64,000 bases of DNA from Eremomyces bilateralis CBS 781.70 (Eukaryota). Numbering within the stretch: the stretch's first letter is position 1; the number at the start of each line of letters is the position of its first letter. The position numbers and the translations under genes are program-made. The notes below the pieces were generated by a model. That model saw only the letters and a list, made by a program, of their open reading frames with translations, did no database searches and was not told the origin of the DNA. The stretch lies in the NCBI GenBank assembly GCA_010015585.1, contig ML975149.1; one strand, 5' to 3'. Positions 26,299 through 37,043 of the stretch are shown here, piece by piece.

Positions 26299-27316
26299 TT
26301 ATAGTCTGGAGTAGACAGTTGAGCGCGAAGGGCCGTCCGTGAAGTCTGTACTCGATGCGAATGACTCCCATCCCTTCAATTCTTCGAGTGTGTCTGTACA
26401 TTTTCTTTTTATTACCGTCAAAGCGTCGCTTCCTAATGGGATTCGTAAGGGGAACGTAGCAGGACTCGCGTACATCAAAGCCACCACATCAAACACCTTT
26501 TGCGCAGCGAGAACTGGATTTCCCGGCTGCTTTCCGTCACTGTTTCGGTGCCTGCATCGTAGTTCTTCCTGAACATTAGCGTAGTCCGGGATCGCCGTCA
26601 AATTTATGGTCTTATTCTTGTTCGAGGGACTCAGAATGCCCGTACGGAACATTCCAAGCACAAGGACGTGGACGCGTATGCCTAAGTGTGTGATCTCTCG
26701 CGAAAGGCTTTCGGCAGCACCTGCCGATAATCATGTCAGTGTATGCTACACACAATGAGTACAGAAGCTACCTTCGACAGCGAATTTTGACGCGCTGTAT
26801 GGTCCACCTGCTGCAACTCCGTGCCACCCAGCTATGCTTCCCATGAAAAGTATGACGCCCGAGCGTCTTGCCCGCATGTATGGAAGCACGCACCGCACCA
26901 TTTTCAGGGAACCATAAAAGTTGGTGTCGAATTGTCTACGTATATCGTTGTCGCTAACGAAGGTCAGTGAAATAACACTGTCGTCCTTGATAGGATCAAT
27001 ACCTGACTTCCTCCCAGACGCCCGAGAACACAAAACCGGCATTGTTGACCAAGACATCGATATGTCCTAAATGTCCGACTGCTCCGCGGATTTTAATGTA
27101 GAGTTCGCGCTCCGGCATGGTCACGTCCAGCTCGATCGGATGAACATTGTCGGCTGCGCCGTCAAGGGAATACATGTATTCTAGGTCCGAAAGCTTTCGT
27201 GCCGTTGGAATGACTTTATCTCCTCGACCAAGTATGGCAGTGACAAGCTCACGTCCGAGTCCCGACGAGCAGCCTGTGACGAGCCATACCTTGGATGTCG
27301 AGGGCGTCTGAACCAT
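26299..27316 (-). CDS. classical short-chain dehydrogenase/reductase, 3 exons
   Basis: VWLVTGCSSGLG, LVNNAG and YSASKFA motifs; C-terminal QPGNP...LRIPLGSDA. Confidence 0.92.
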
Positions 27317-28110
27317 ACTAACTAGTTTACTCGGGTTTAAAAAAGAGTAGAAGAGACTGTGGCCTGAATCAATGTTGACAAAAGAGTATCGGCACCAGTC
27401 AGACCTTTCTCCCCAATCGATGGATGATGTGACTTGTAGGGGGCATGGACCTATAGATCATAGGGTAAAGTCAAATAAAGTCAAATTTTGCAAATTTTCG
27501 AAGCACATGAAGCGAAGATCGTATGTAACCTTGTATACAAATGCTCATAAATCATGGTGTAGCTTATCGGGGGTTAGTTAGTCGCGTTGCAGGGAAGACG
27601 GCGCACTCTAGGTTTCTTCATCGGTTCAAGAGCTTCTCTTGGTATATCAAGAAGAGATATTTGGTGTACGCACCGCGGCATGAGGTGTCAGTGGTCATCC
27701 TGTGTCAAAGTTGTTTGTCGACCAGAACTTCATGTTGTCTGTGGACGTTGGAGGTTGATTGTGGAGCCTTGAGTCCGGGCTTATCCATATGGTCTGGCAT
27801 GACTCATTCAAATCAGGGACTGCTGTGCTACCAGTCAGGGATCATTCAGGGGTCACTCAGGGGCGGCAGACCACGGCATAGTACATGACAAACAATGGAG
27901 CACTCTGCAAATATTTGCCCGACAACATATCACCGATGTTCTATTAAATCTATGTAACTAGATGACAGTTCCCATTGACTGCAGATGGTAGCGGGCGCCT
28001 CCAGAAGAGCAGTCCTAGAGGCTAGAAGTCAGCATTACGAGCCAGTCACTTGTCCTGATCTCAAAATTGCCAATAATAATAATGATATTATCATCTACGC
28101 CGATGTTTTC

Positions 28111-29263
28111 CTAACCCTTGCTAAGAAATTCATCGCTGAAGTTGTAGTCGATATATCCATGCGGGTGCTTGGGCGTGTAGAATGTGTCTCTGTTGTACTC
28201 ATTCAACTCGATTCCGGACCGGATCCTGAAAGGCAGATCTGGTGTCGAGATGAAGAATCGTCCGAACATGACAACAATATTCCTGTTCTTCTCCTCTTTG
28301 TCCACAAGACGACGAGCCGAATCCGGCCGGAAGCCACCAGCAACAAGAAGTGGTCCATTCCATATGTCATATGCAAAGTGGAGCTTGTCCGATGCCTCTA
28401 CATCGGCGTTGCCAGAAATTCTCGACTCAACAAGGTGCAGGTAGGCAAGACCGAGTTTGTCCAATTTTTGTATAATGTCTGAAAATTGCGGCACTGGCTC
28501 GTCCATCCTCATGCTGTTGAAGCTACTCCAAGGACTGAGGCGAATGGCCGTGCGATCAGCACCGATCGCATCAATCACAGCTTGAACAGCCTGTACGCCA
28601 AACCGCGAGCGATTCTCGATACTACCGCCGTATTCATCCGCTCGCTGATTGCACTTGTCCTGGAGGAATTGATCGATCAAATAGCCGTTAGCACCATGTA
28701 GTTCAACGCCATCGAAGCCGGCCTCGATTGCGTTTCGGGCTGCCTGCGCGTAATCTTCGATGGTAGATTTGATCTGCTCGATAGTCAAAGAAGTTGGGAC
28801 TGCATGCGCTGAGCTAACAGGGATGTCGCTTGAACTCGTGATGGTAATGTTCTCGGTTTTGGCGACGTCAGGGTTGGCGGTGCGCCCAAGCGCCCACAAC
28901 TGACAGAAAATATGGCTTCCTTTGGCGTGCACGACTTTCGTTATTTTGCGCCATGCTTCGATTTGTGCGTCGTTATAGATCCCAGGAACATTGGCGTATC
29001 CGCCTTGCTGCGGTGAGATGAATGTAGCTTGAGTCGTCTTAGTTATTGTGCGCTTACAGTTACAATAGGATGATTGGGAACTCACCCTCTGAGACTAAGA
29101 GCGTTCCTGGCACCGAGGCGCGTTGCTCGTAATATGTGGCCATTAAGTCTAGAGGTACATGCTCATCCGAAGCTCGATATCGGGTCAGAGGAGACATGCC
29201 CATTCTATGCCGCAACTCCACCCTCCCAACGGTAAGCGGCTCGAAAAGTCGTGAGTTGGCCAT
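28111..29263 (-). CDS. NADH:flavin oxidoreductase / old yellow enzyme (ene-reductase), 2 exons
   Basis: MSPLTRYRA, QLWALGR, GFDGVELHGANGYLIDQF, RADEYGGSIENRSRF, GRFFISTPDL and YNRDTFY...GYIDY. Confidence 0.95.
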
Positions 29264-29439
29264 GATCGCTTTCGTGTATGGAAAAATGTCTGCTTCATCT
29301 TGGAAATCACAGAAGATATATACACATTAGCAATTTCACCCATCTCAGGTTCCACACGAGCATTTTTTGGTTTCCGAATTTGTCAGCTCAATATTGCCGC
29401 CATGATTAATAATGCGGAATATCACGTCCACTCTGAGAC

Positions 29440-29982
29440 GCTTGGACTTCAGGGGCGAAAACACCGAAACATCTAGGGGCTGCAGGAGGTGAGACGTATG
29501 AGCCGGCAGAAACAAAAGAAATACTTGGTTTTCCTTGGCCAACTTCATGAACTCTACTGTAGCGTGAGAACCGTGTCCATCGCACACTAGAAGCCGCCAT
29601 TCGTCCGCGGGGAAGTCTAGGGGAGTCCTGGCGGCGACGTCTTCTTCTATAATCCATTCGACGAGCCATTTCTCCTGATCTGGAGACAATTTTTGAAACC
29701 TTTTGGCTCCATCCTGGTGGGATATTGAGCCATTCAGTCGGGAGCGAAGCGTTGATCTCTTGATGCCGTATTCATCCGCACCTTGGTTTAAGGAATCGAA
29801 TTTTTCATCATGAAACGCCTGTATAGCGAGCTGTATAGCGACTTCATTCACACGAGGCATTTTCAGTATAGCATCTCATTTTGTTGAATTAATTGATGAA
29901 GTAGAGGATAGATCTATAGAAATCTACCTATCTTGGTTGGGTGCACGAAAATAGGGGTGCACGAAAACGGGGGTCGCTGACT
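29440..29982 (-). mobile_element. Fot1/pogo (Tc1-mariner) transposon remnant with one TIR and an internally deleted transposase
   Basis: ORF 29860 has HTH motifs (YGIKRSTLRSRLNG, KLSPDQEKWLVEWI) fused directly to RLLVCDGHGSH...LPAHTSHLLQPLDVSVFSPLK. A Fot1-like TIR AGTCAGCGACCCCCG... starts at 29982 next to TA and contains two GGGTGCACGAAAA repeats. Confidence 0.9.
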
Positions 29983-30612
29983 TAGGCCTGATACGGTTAT
30001 CGAGTAGCTATCGGGGCTTCCTGATACCGATTATCTAATAATACACGATAGTTTACGCATGTATCGTTATTTTAAACCCGGCTGGAGAGAATCCCCCCCC
30101 GTTTTTGGGATTTTCCCCCCTCAGAGGTATCAAAACCATCATATTTCAACTTCAACTCCAAGCAGCTCAACGCTAGCTTCGAAATAATATAATTTTTAAA
30201 AACTAAGAAGAATACTAAAGCCTGGATAACCGATCCTGCTATTTTAGAGCTCCAAATCCCCGTTGCGTTGTGGTTGAATTGTGTGTTGAACTTGATGAGT
30301 TGTATGAAAAAACTACCACGACGACTTCAATTCCAAATCACGCAACCCCGCAGCTTATTAGAATCAAATTTCGGGGTCCAAGAGCAAGAGGGAATTCTAA
30401 AGAACTCTCTCTGAGTTTTGAATTTGAAAATAATGGTGAAAATGTGGCTACATTGCCTTGTAAATTTCAAAACTGGTGATTTTGGTACTTCTGAGGGGGG
30501 AAAATCTCAAAAACAGGGGGGAAAATCTCACCAGCCAATAAACCCCAGCCCTCACAATCGTCGTGATATTTAATACCGATTATCGTATCAGATTACCCGA
30601 TAAAAATTATCG
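29983..30612. mobile_element. degenerate palindromic MITE-like element (starts TAGGCCTG, TATCG/CGATA-rich arms), split by a nested insertion
   Basis: Arms ~29999-30050 and ~30557-30612 align as inverted repeats (ATCGA..TATCGGG..CTGATAC.GAT.ATC..CACGA). Confidence 0.5.
30080..30536. mobile_element. Mutator-like MITE (~457 bp) with ~58-bp TIRs and a 9-bp TSD
   Basis: GGCTGGAGAGAATCCCCCCCCGTTTTTGGGATTTTCCCCCCTCAGAGGTATCAAAA at 30080 is the near reverse complement of 30475-30536. The flanks are TTTAAACCC and AATAAACCC (7/9 identical). Confidence 0.8.
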
Positions 30613-30872
30613 ATGAAGCTCTGCACGTCAGAGGCAACTCCGAGCATCGGCCGATTTTGAGCTGGCTCTGAACATGAGTAATGCAATGCGCTAAAAAGAT
30701 CGGCGTATGGAGAATCTGGGGTTCCTTCTCCCAAAGTGAGTTACGGATAGCAGACGGATATTCGGCGCAGCACGATGCTTGCCGTGCGAATGATTGCCAG
30801 TGGTATAACTTGATAGTTGATACGCTCATTCGCAACAGCGTTTGAGCTCTTGAGAATGAACGAACTTTCGCG

Positions 30873-32831
30873 ATGGGCTCTGTCACAGACTTCAAACTAC
30901 GCATTGCCTCAGCCTCTGGCGCGGTCACAGATCGCCGTCATGGCTTTGCTGACCTTGCAAAGAACGAAGATGTCAAGTACATCGTTGGCGACTGGATGTC
31001 TGAGTACAACATGACCACTCGCGGTGGTAGCAAGATCAACAACAGCGGAGCTTCGGACGAGTTCGAGGATTCATTCCTGGAAGCACTCGAGCCAGCCTTG
31101 CCATATCTGGCATCGAGGGGGATAAAGGTCGCTGTCAACGCCGGAGCCAGCGACACTCAGAAGCTATACGATATCGTGGTTGAAAAGGTCAAGGCTGCCG
31201 GCTTGGACCTGAAAGTTGCCTGGGTCGGTGGCGACGAGGTCATCGACTTGGTCAAGAGTGCCTCGAAAGAAGGAAACGATTTCAAGAACTTAACCACCGG
31301 TACTGAGTTTGTCGCATTACTTTTTGGATATAACTAACGTATTTCCAGGCAAGGTCTTGAGCGACTGGGAATTCGAGCCCATCTATGCTCAGTGCTACCT
31401 GGGATGCTGGGGCATCGTCGAAGCTTTCAAGCATGGCGTAGATATCGTCTTGTGCGGTCGAGTTGCCGACGCCTCTCCAACGATCGCCTCCGCAGCGTAC
31501 CACTTCGGTTGGGGCCGTGAAGACTACGAGCAACTCGCTCATGCTTTTGTTGCCGGACACTTTATCGAATGCTCTACTTACACTACAGGCGGAAATTTCT
31601 CCGGCTTCAAAAGTCTACCAGGCGCGTCCTTAAATCTTGGATATCCCATTGCTGAAATCGGCGCCAACGGCCAGTTCGATGTCACGATGCAGAAAGAATG
31701 TGATGGTATGGTTACCATTGATACATGCAAGGCGCAGCTGCTGTACGAGATTCAAGGTCCACTCTATTACAATTCAGATGTAGTCGCTGTGTTGGACGGG
31801 ATTAAGATCGAGCAAAACGGAGAAAACCGAGTGTGAGTCTGTCTCTATTTCGCAAATCGCGCTGCTGACTTCCTACAGACACGTTAGTAATGTGGGTTAT
31901 CTGCGGCCTCCACCAACGACAAAGGTTGGCATCACGGCCAAAGGTGGTTACCAAGCAGAGGCACACTACTTCCTCTGTGGCCTTGACATCGAGGAGAAGG
32001 CCCGCATGCTAGAGAGACAGGTGCGTGCGTCTCTAGACGAATCGAAATACCATTGCCTCAAGTTCAGGGTCAGTGGCCGATGCCCGGTCGATCCTAAAAA
32101 TCAGGACGCCGCTACCGTTGATCTCCGGATTTTCGCGCAAGCTAGGAATGAAGCGGATCTAGCTACTGCAAAGTTCCTCCGACCTATCACAAACACTGTC
32201 ATGCAGAGCTATCCTGGAGCCACATTTGGTGTCGACTCCAGACAAGCAATTCCCAAACCGTACTACGAGTACTGGGTAGCGTTGCTTTCCCAAAGCAGTG
32301 TGAAGCATGTGTGCCATATTCCATCGGCGAAACTGGAAGTTCCCATTGCTGCCCCCACCAGTACACAGGACTTCCTGTATGTTCAAAGCACATATGAGAC
32401 GGCAGATCCTCGCAAGCTTTCTGAATTCGGACCAACGACTCGGGTGCCTCTGGGTTACATTGTCCATGCGCGTTCAGGGGACAAAGGCTCGGATTGCAAT
32501 GTTGGGCTATTCGTTCGCCAAGCTGACGAGTACGAGTGGCTTAGAAGCCTCCTGACTGTGGACAAAGTCCGCCAATTTTTGAACGAAGATGATACAGGGA
32601 AGCCGATATTCCGCTTCGAACTTCCCAATATCTGGGGTAAGTGAACACGCTCATCTGAAGTTGGAATTCTACTGATTAAGTCTAGCCGTACATTTTCTTT
32701 TGAAAGATCACCTTGATCGAGGTGTATCGTCCAGCTCGACATACGATGTGCTAGGCAAGAATCTAGCAGAATATCTGCGTTGCAAACTGGTCGATGTCCC
32801 CGACAAGTTCCTTATCAGGGGCAATATTTAG
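30873..32831 (+). CDS. acyclic terpene utilisation AtuA-family protein (DUF1446), 4 exons
   Basis: RIASASGAVTDR, VGDWMSEYNM, AVNAGA, AQCYLG, CGRVADAS, AGHFIECSTYTTGGNFSGF, AQLLYEIQG, HARSGDKG and LDRGVSSSSTYDVLGKNLAEYLR. Confidence 0.9.
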
Positions 32832-32951
32832 GTGCAATATGCTCCGCAGGTCATCGTTCGTTATATGTGTATGAAATTATAAAGCTGAATGAACACATCA
32901 AGAGTTCTTGCAAGTTCGGCACTGTAAAGATTATCAAGGCCAACCAGAATT

Positions 32952-33374
32952 TAGGGCTGGACACGAATATTCGACTGCGAAAAATTTAGAATTTCCGCTT
33001 ACTAATATTCGTAATTATTCGTCTATCTCTGAAGCTATTTCCATGTATCTCGCATCGGAAAGATGGTCGACAGAGAGCTTTGAGCTGGGGTCACTTGGCT
33101 TGCTGAATCGTCAGGAGTGATCAATTCGACGCTATTGATATGCTTTGTATCTCTTAGAGCTCAAATCCTCCAGATCGTGTTCGGGTAAACAAAAGTCGCG
33201 ACTGCTGGGCATTCATTCATTGGCTCGGCTTTTGCCGAATAAGTCTTGGCATTATTTACGAATATTCGCGAATAATACGAATAAAACGTCTCAAAACTTA
33301 GTCGAATACGAATAATCGTTCAAGAGGAAAAGTCGAATACGAATAGCCAAAATCCTTATTCGTGTCTAGCCCTA
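32952..33374. mobile_element. hAT-like MITE (423 bp)
   Basis: 18-bp TIRs TAGGGCTGGACACGAATA / TATTCGTGTCTAGCCCTA (17/18 match), many subterminal CGAATA/TATTCG repeats, and AACCAGA on both flanks (degenerate TSD). Confidence 0.85.
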
Positions 33375-33597
33375 AACCAGATGGTCATCTTTCATGTCCA
33401 AGTCTGGAGGGCCGCACTCAATTTCAGAAGGTTTTTGAATTTCTCCACAGTAGCCAGGGAAATATGTATGATCCACGGTCCATACGAAGTAATTGTTGTA
33501 CACATACGCGTTAGTCGAAGTTTTCGCTTAATAATAATAGGGGCAGAGAGCAGCTGCAAAAATAAAGAAAAGTTCAAGGAGTTACGTACCCCTGACA

Positions 33598-34017
33598 TTA
33601 GTCATGTCACTCATGACTAAGTCTGCTCATCAGTTCCTTACCTCCGGACAATCTGGGCGAGGTACACAAGAGGTCAACCGCGTTGGGGAATGACTCATGT
33701 AATCTCTAGTATTTTCATCCATCCAATGTCCATCTCCGGGATGGCACGTGTAAAAAGATCTGACTTGCAATAATGGCGCACGTCAGTCCACAACAAAAAT
33801 TGAAGAGGGTCAGGCTAGGCTAACGCGCATGAAACCATACTCAATTAACTCTAAGGTCCATAAGCTATGGACTAACTTACCCACAGCGTCACGTCATTAA
33901 GTGAGCTATTCCCTGCATTTACGCACGATTTTATTGCGAATTTCAGCCCCTTCCCACATCAAGCCCAGAAATATATTCAGCCAGGGAGAGAGTGCCCAAT
34001 TCGAATCATGAGTCATG
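33598..34017. promoter_or_regulatory. cluster of AP-1/Yap-type bZIP sites upstream of the MFS gene
   Basis: Palindrome TTAGTCATG-N5-CATGACTAA (33598-33620), ATGACTCATG (33690) and CATGAGTCATG (34007). Confidence 0.6.
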
Positions 34018-34503
34018 TATGATAACAGTGCGGGGAAAGATATACCGGGAAACGGGGAAAGCTATGCGGGGAAGGATATGGGGGGAAAGGTGTACCGAAC
34101 GGTTGGAATCAGGGGTTTGTTCGACGACGTGGAGCCTTCCCCAGGTTTTGATCTTCACTTTCTTGACTCTTTCCGTGGCAATTGCCGGCAGCAAAGCTCA
34201 TTCTCCTCTCGGAACACGGCTGGGCATCTACCATGCAGGCAAGCTACCTCTAAACGATGGGGAGGCTCACAGTAAGCGTGTGTGCCGTGGGTATTCGGCT
34301 GAAGCGCCATATGCTGTCGCCACAACAGCAAACCTCCCTTATAATGGACAAGCGGACCATCCGCATGTGTGGAGATCGGCACAGGACGGATGCTGTATCT
34401 TGGAATGGGAGACTAATTCAAACGTCTGATTTTCATATTCACCGTTTTCCTCCTTCTCCAGCGCGTCACATATTCTCCTCTTGTTTACATGTCCTTCTGA
34501 GCA

Positions 34504-36432
34504 ATGCCAGAGAAAGTCATTGATAACGTCAAGCGGGTGGAGGATGTCTCTGAGAAGCCCACGATCGTGAAGGATTTCTCCGATAAGCCCGCGATCATAG
34601 AGGATGCCTCTGAAAACTCGCTCTCTCTAGACAAGACCGAAGTGGAGGAGGGCGATGTCGTTGTCAACCTTTCGGAAGCAGAACAGAAGGCGGCTATCCG
34701 CAAGGTTGATTGGCGAGTAGTGCCGTTACTCACTTTTCTTTACCTTGTTTCGTTCATTGACCGGTCCAATAGTAAGTTCCCAACCTAAACCTTTACTGTA
34801 CAGCACTGATTGCTGTTGTGTAGTTGGCAATGCAAAGATTGCCGGCATGAATGATGACCTCAATCTTCATGGTCTGCAGTACAATGCTGCCGTCACTTTA
34901 TTCTACGTGCCGTACACACTCCTAGAAGTCCCTTCCAACATAGTACTCAAGCTTATGCGGCCCTCGCTGTGGATATCGATCCTGTTGTTCACTTGGGGCC
35001 TGGTAATGACGTAGGTTTCAATTGCCATGTCGCAACTCAACATGGATCTGACTTGAATAACAGTCTCATGGGGTTGGTAGAGTCATACCAGGGCTTGCTA
35101 GCTGCTCGGTGGTTTTTGGGTGTCGCTGAAGTTCGTTGTTACCCAGACTCACTCGCACGGAAACTGACCGGCATTCTAGGCGGGATTCTTCCCAGCGGCG
35201 ACTTATCTTCTGACTATCTGGTATAAGCGATACGAATATCAAAAGCGATTCGCGATATTCTTTTCCATGGCTTCTATGGCCGGAGCCTTCTCAGGTTTAC
35301 TTGCATTCGCTATTGAGAAGATGGACGGAGTTGGCGGCCGGAAAGGATGGCAATGGATCTTCATCCTCGAAGGCTTGGTTCCTATCGCCACGTCTCTGGT
35401 CCTCTGGAAGATTCTTCCTGATTCCCCTGAGACAGCGACATTCTTAAACAAGCACGAGAAGAGATTCGTGATCGAAAGATTAGCTACCGATACCGGATCA
35501 GGAGAGGGTCGAGTTACCAACAATGAACGGATCAAGAAACACCACATTTACAGCGCGTTCAAGGAGTGGCGAGTCTGGGCTATGATCTTAGTATACTGGG
35601 GCAATAGTGTTGGTGTATATGGGTGAGATTCTTCTTGATAATTTCGTCGATGTGTACCGTGCTTATCATTTCCAGCTTCTCTGCAACGGTACCGACAGTG
35701 ATTAACGAGTTGGGCTACACACAAGCTCAAGCGCAACTCCTTACTGTTCCAATCTACTTCTTTGCTGTTATCCTGGTCCTTGTTTTCGCTTTCCTATCCG
35801 ACCATTATCAGGTTAGGTGGATCTTTATTATCATACCTTATACTATTGCATCCTGCAGCTTCATTGCTCAGCTTGCTATCCCACACCCTAGATACCCTGG
35901 TGTAGCTCTCGGATTCCTGTTCGGAATCGCAGGCGGTTTATATTCTGGGTTCCCGCCAACGGTCGCTTGGGTTGCCAACAACTTAGCCCCTTCGTCAAAG
36001 CGAGCTGTTGCAATGGTACGTTATTCCGAAATTTCCATAAGAAAGCAGAAAACACAGAGTGTCACCTTTTGGTGTTCTTCCATGATACCAGCCTTCTCAG
36101 CTGTTAGTAGGCCCTCTGCTGTCAACAAAACTAACCGCTACGACCAGGCGCTGCTCATTTCTGTGGGCAATATGGGTGCAATCGCTGGTTCGAATGTCTA
36201 TCTTGCACGTGAAGCTCCCGTGTACCACCTCGGGTTCGGAGCTTGCTTGGCTTTTCTGTGTGTTTCAATTATCATGACCGTTGTCTTGCGCTTGTCATAT
36301 GGGCGGGAGAATGCTCGAAGAGACAGATTGGTGGAGGAGCTCGGCGGTGAGGTGGGTGTGAAGAGTCGCTACTCTGAACAGGAATTGCTCGATATGGGAG
36401 ACCGCAGTCCATTCTTCAGGTACGCTCTTTGA
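34504..36432 (+). CDS. MFS transporter, allantoate permease/DAL5 (anion:cation symporter) family
   Basis: RKVDWRVVPLL...SFIDRSN, EVPSN, GWQWIFILEG, LPDSPETA.FL and LLDMGDRSPFFRY; multi-exon. Confidence 0.93.
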
Positions 36433-37043
36433 TCAGTTCGATGATCAGTTGCACGCGGTTGGAGGATGAAGCTTTTATGACGACGATTCAGAGGGTAGAG
36501 AATGAGCTTGTAGTAAATTAAGGGTTCAGCGTGTAGGCCGCTGCTCGTTCAGCCCCTATATAACATATACATTTTCATCATTTGATGCGCATCATGTGCA
36601 TCATGTGCAAGAGCGTCCATACTTGCCAACCATCGGAGCAAAAGTAGCCTTCTCGTGCGGTCGGGGTCGGAAGGGGATCCTGCTGGGGCCGGGACACTTG
36701 TTTGCTCTGTTATTTATTCCACCCGTTACCATAATTGTGCCTTCTCGTGATTCATTAGCGTGTAAAATCGTCATGGGCATCGATTGACCAGCACTGGATG
36801 ATACGAGCACAATGAAAGGACTGAATTATGAGCAATTCTTGCAGTATGTACAAGAATTGCACAAGAAGTGTACCATGCACGCATGGCAGCGAATGGCTAT
36901 GAGCACGTCCACTGCCCAGTCCATTAAGATCTCCAGTAGAACATTGGGAGACATGCTGTCATCAATTGTCTGGTTACCGATGTCACCCAGTGCAGTCTAA
37001 ACAGATGCGATGACTGGCGCGAACTACACAAAAGCGGTCGCGC

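Noticed and set aside
32951..32956. TTAGGG telomere-like word
   Set aside because: Single copy that is part of the MITE terminus; not an array.
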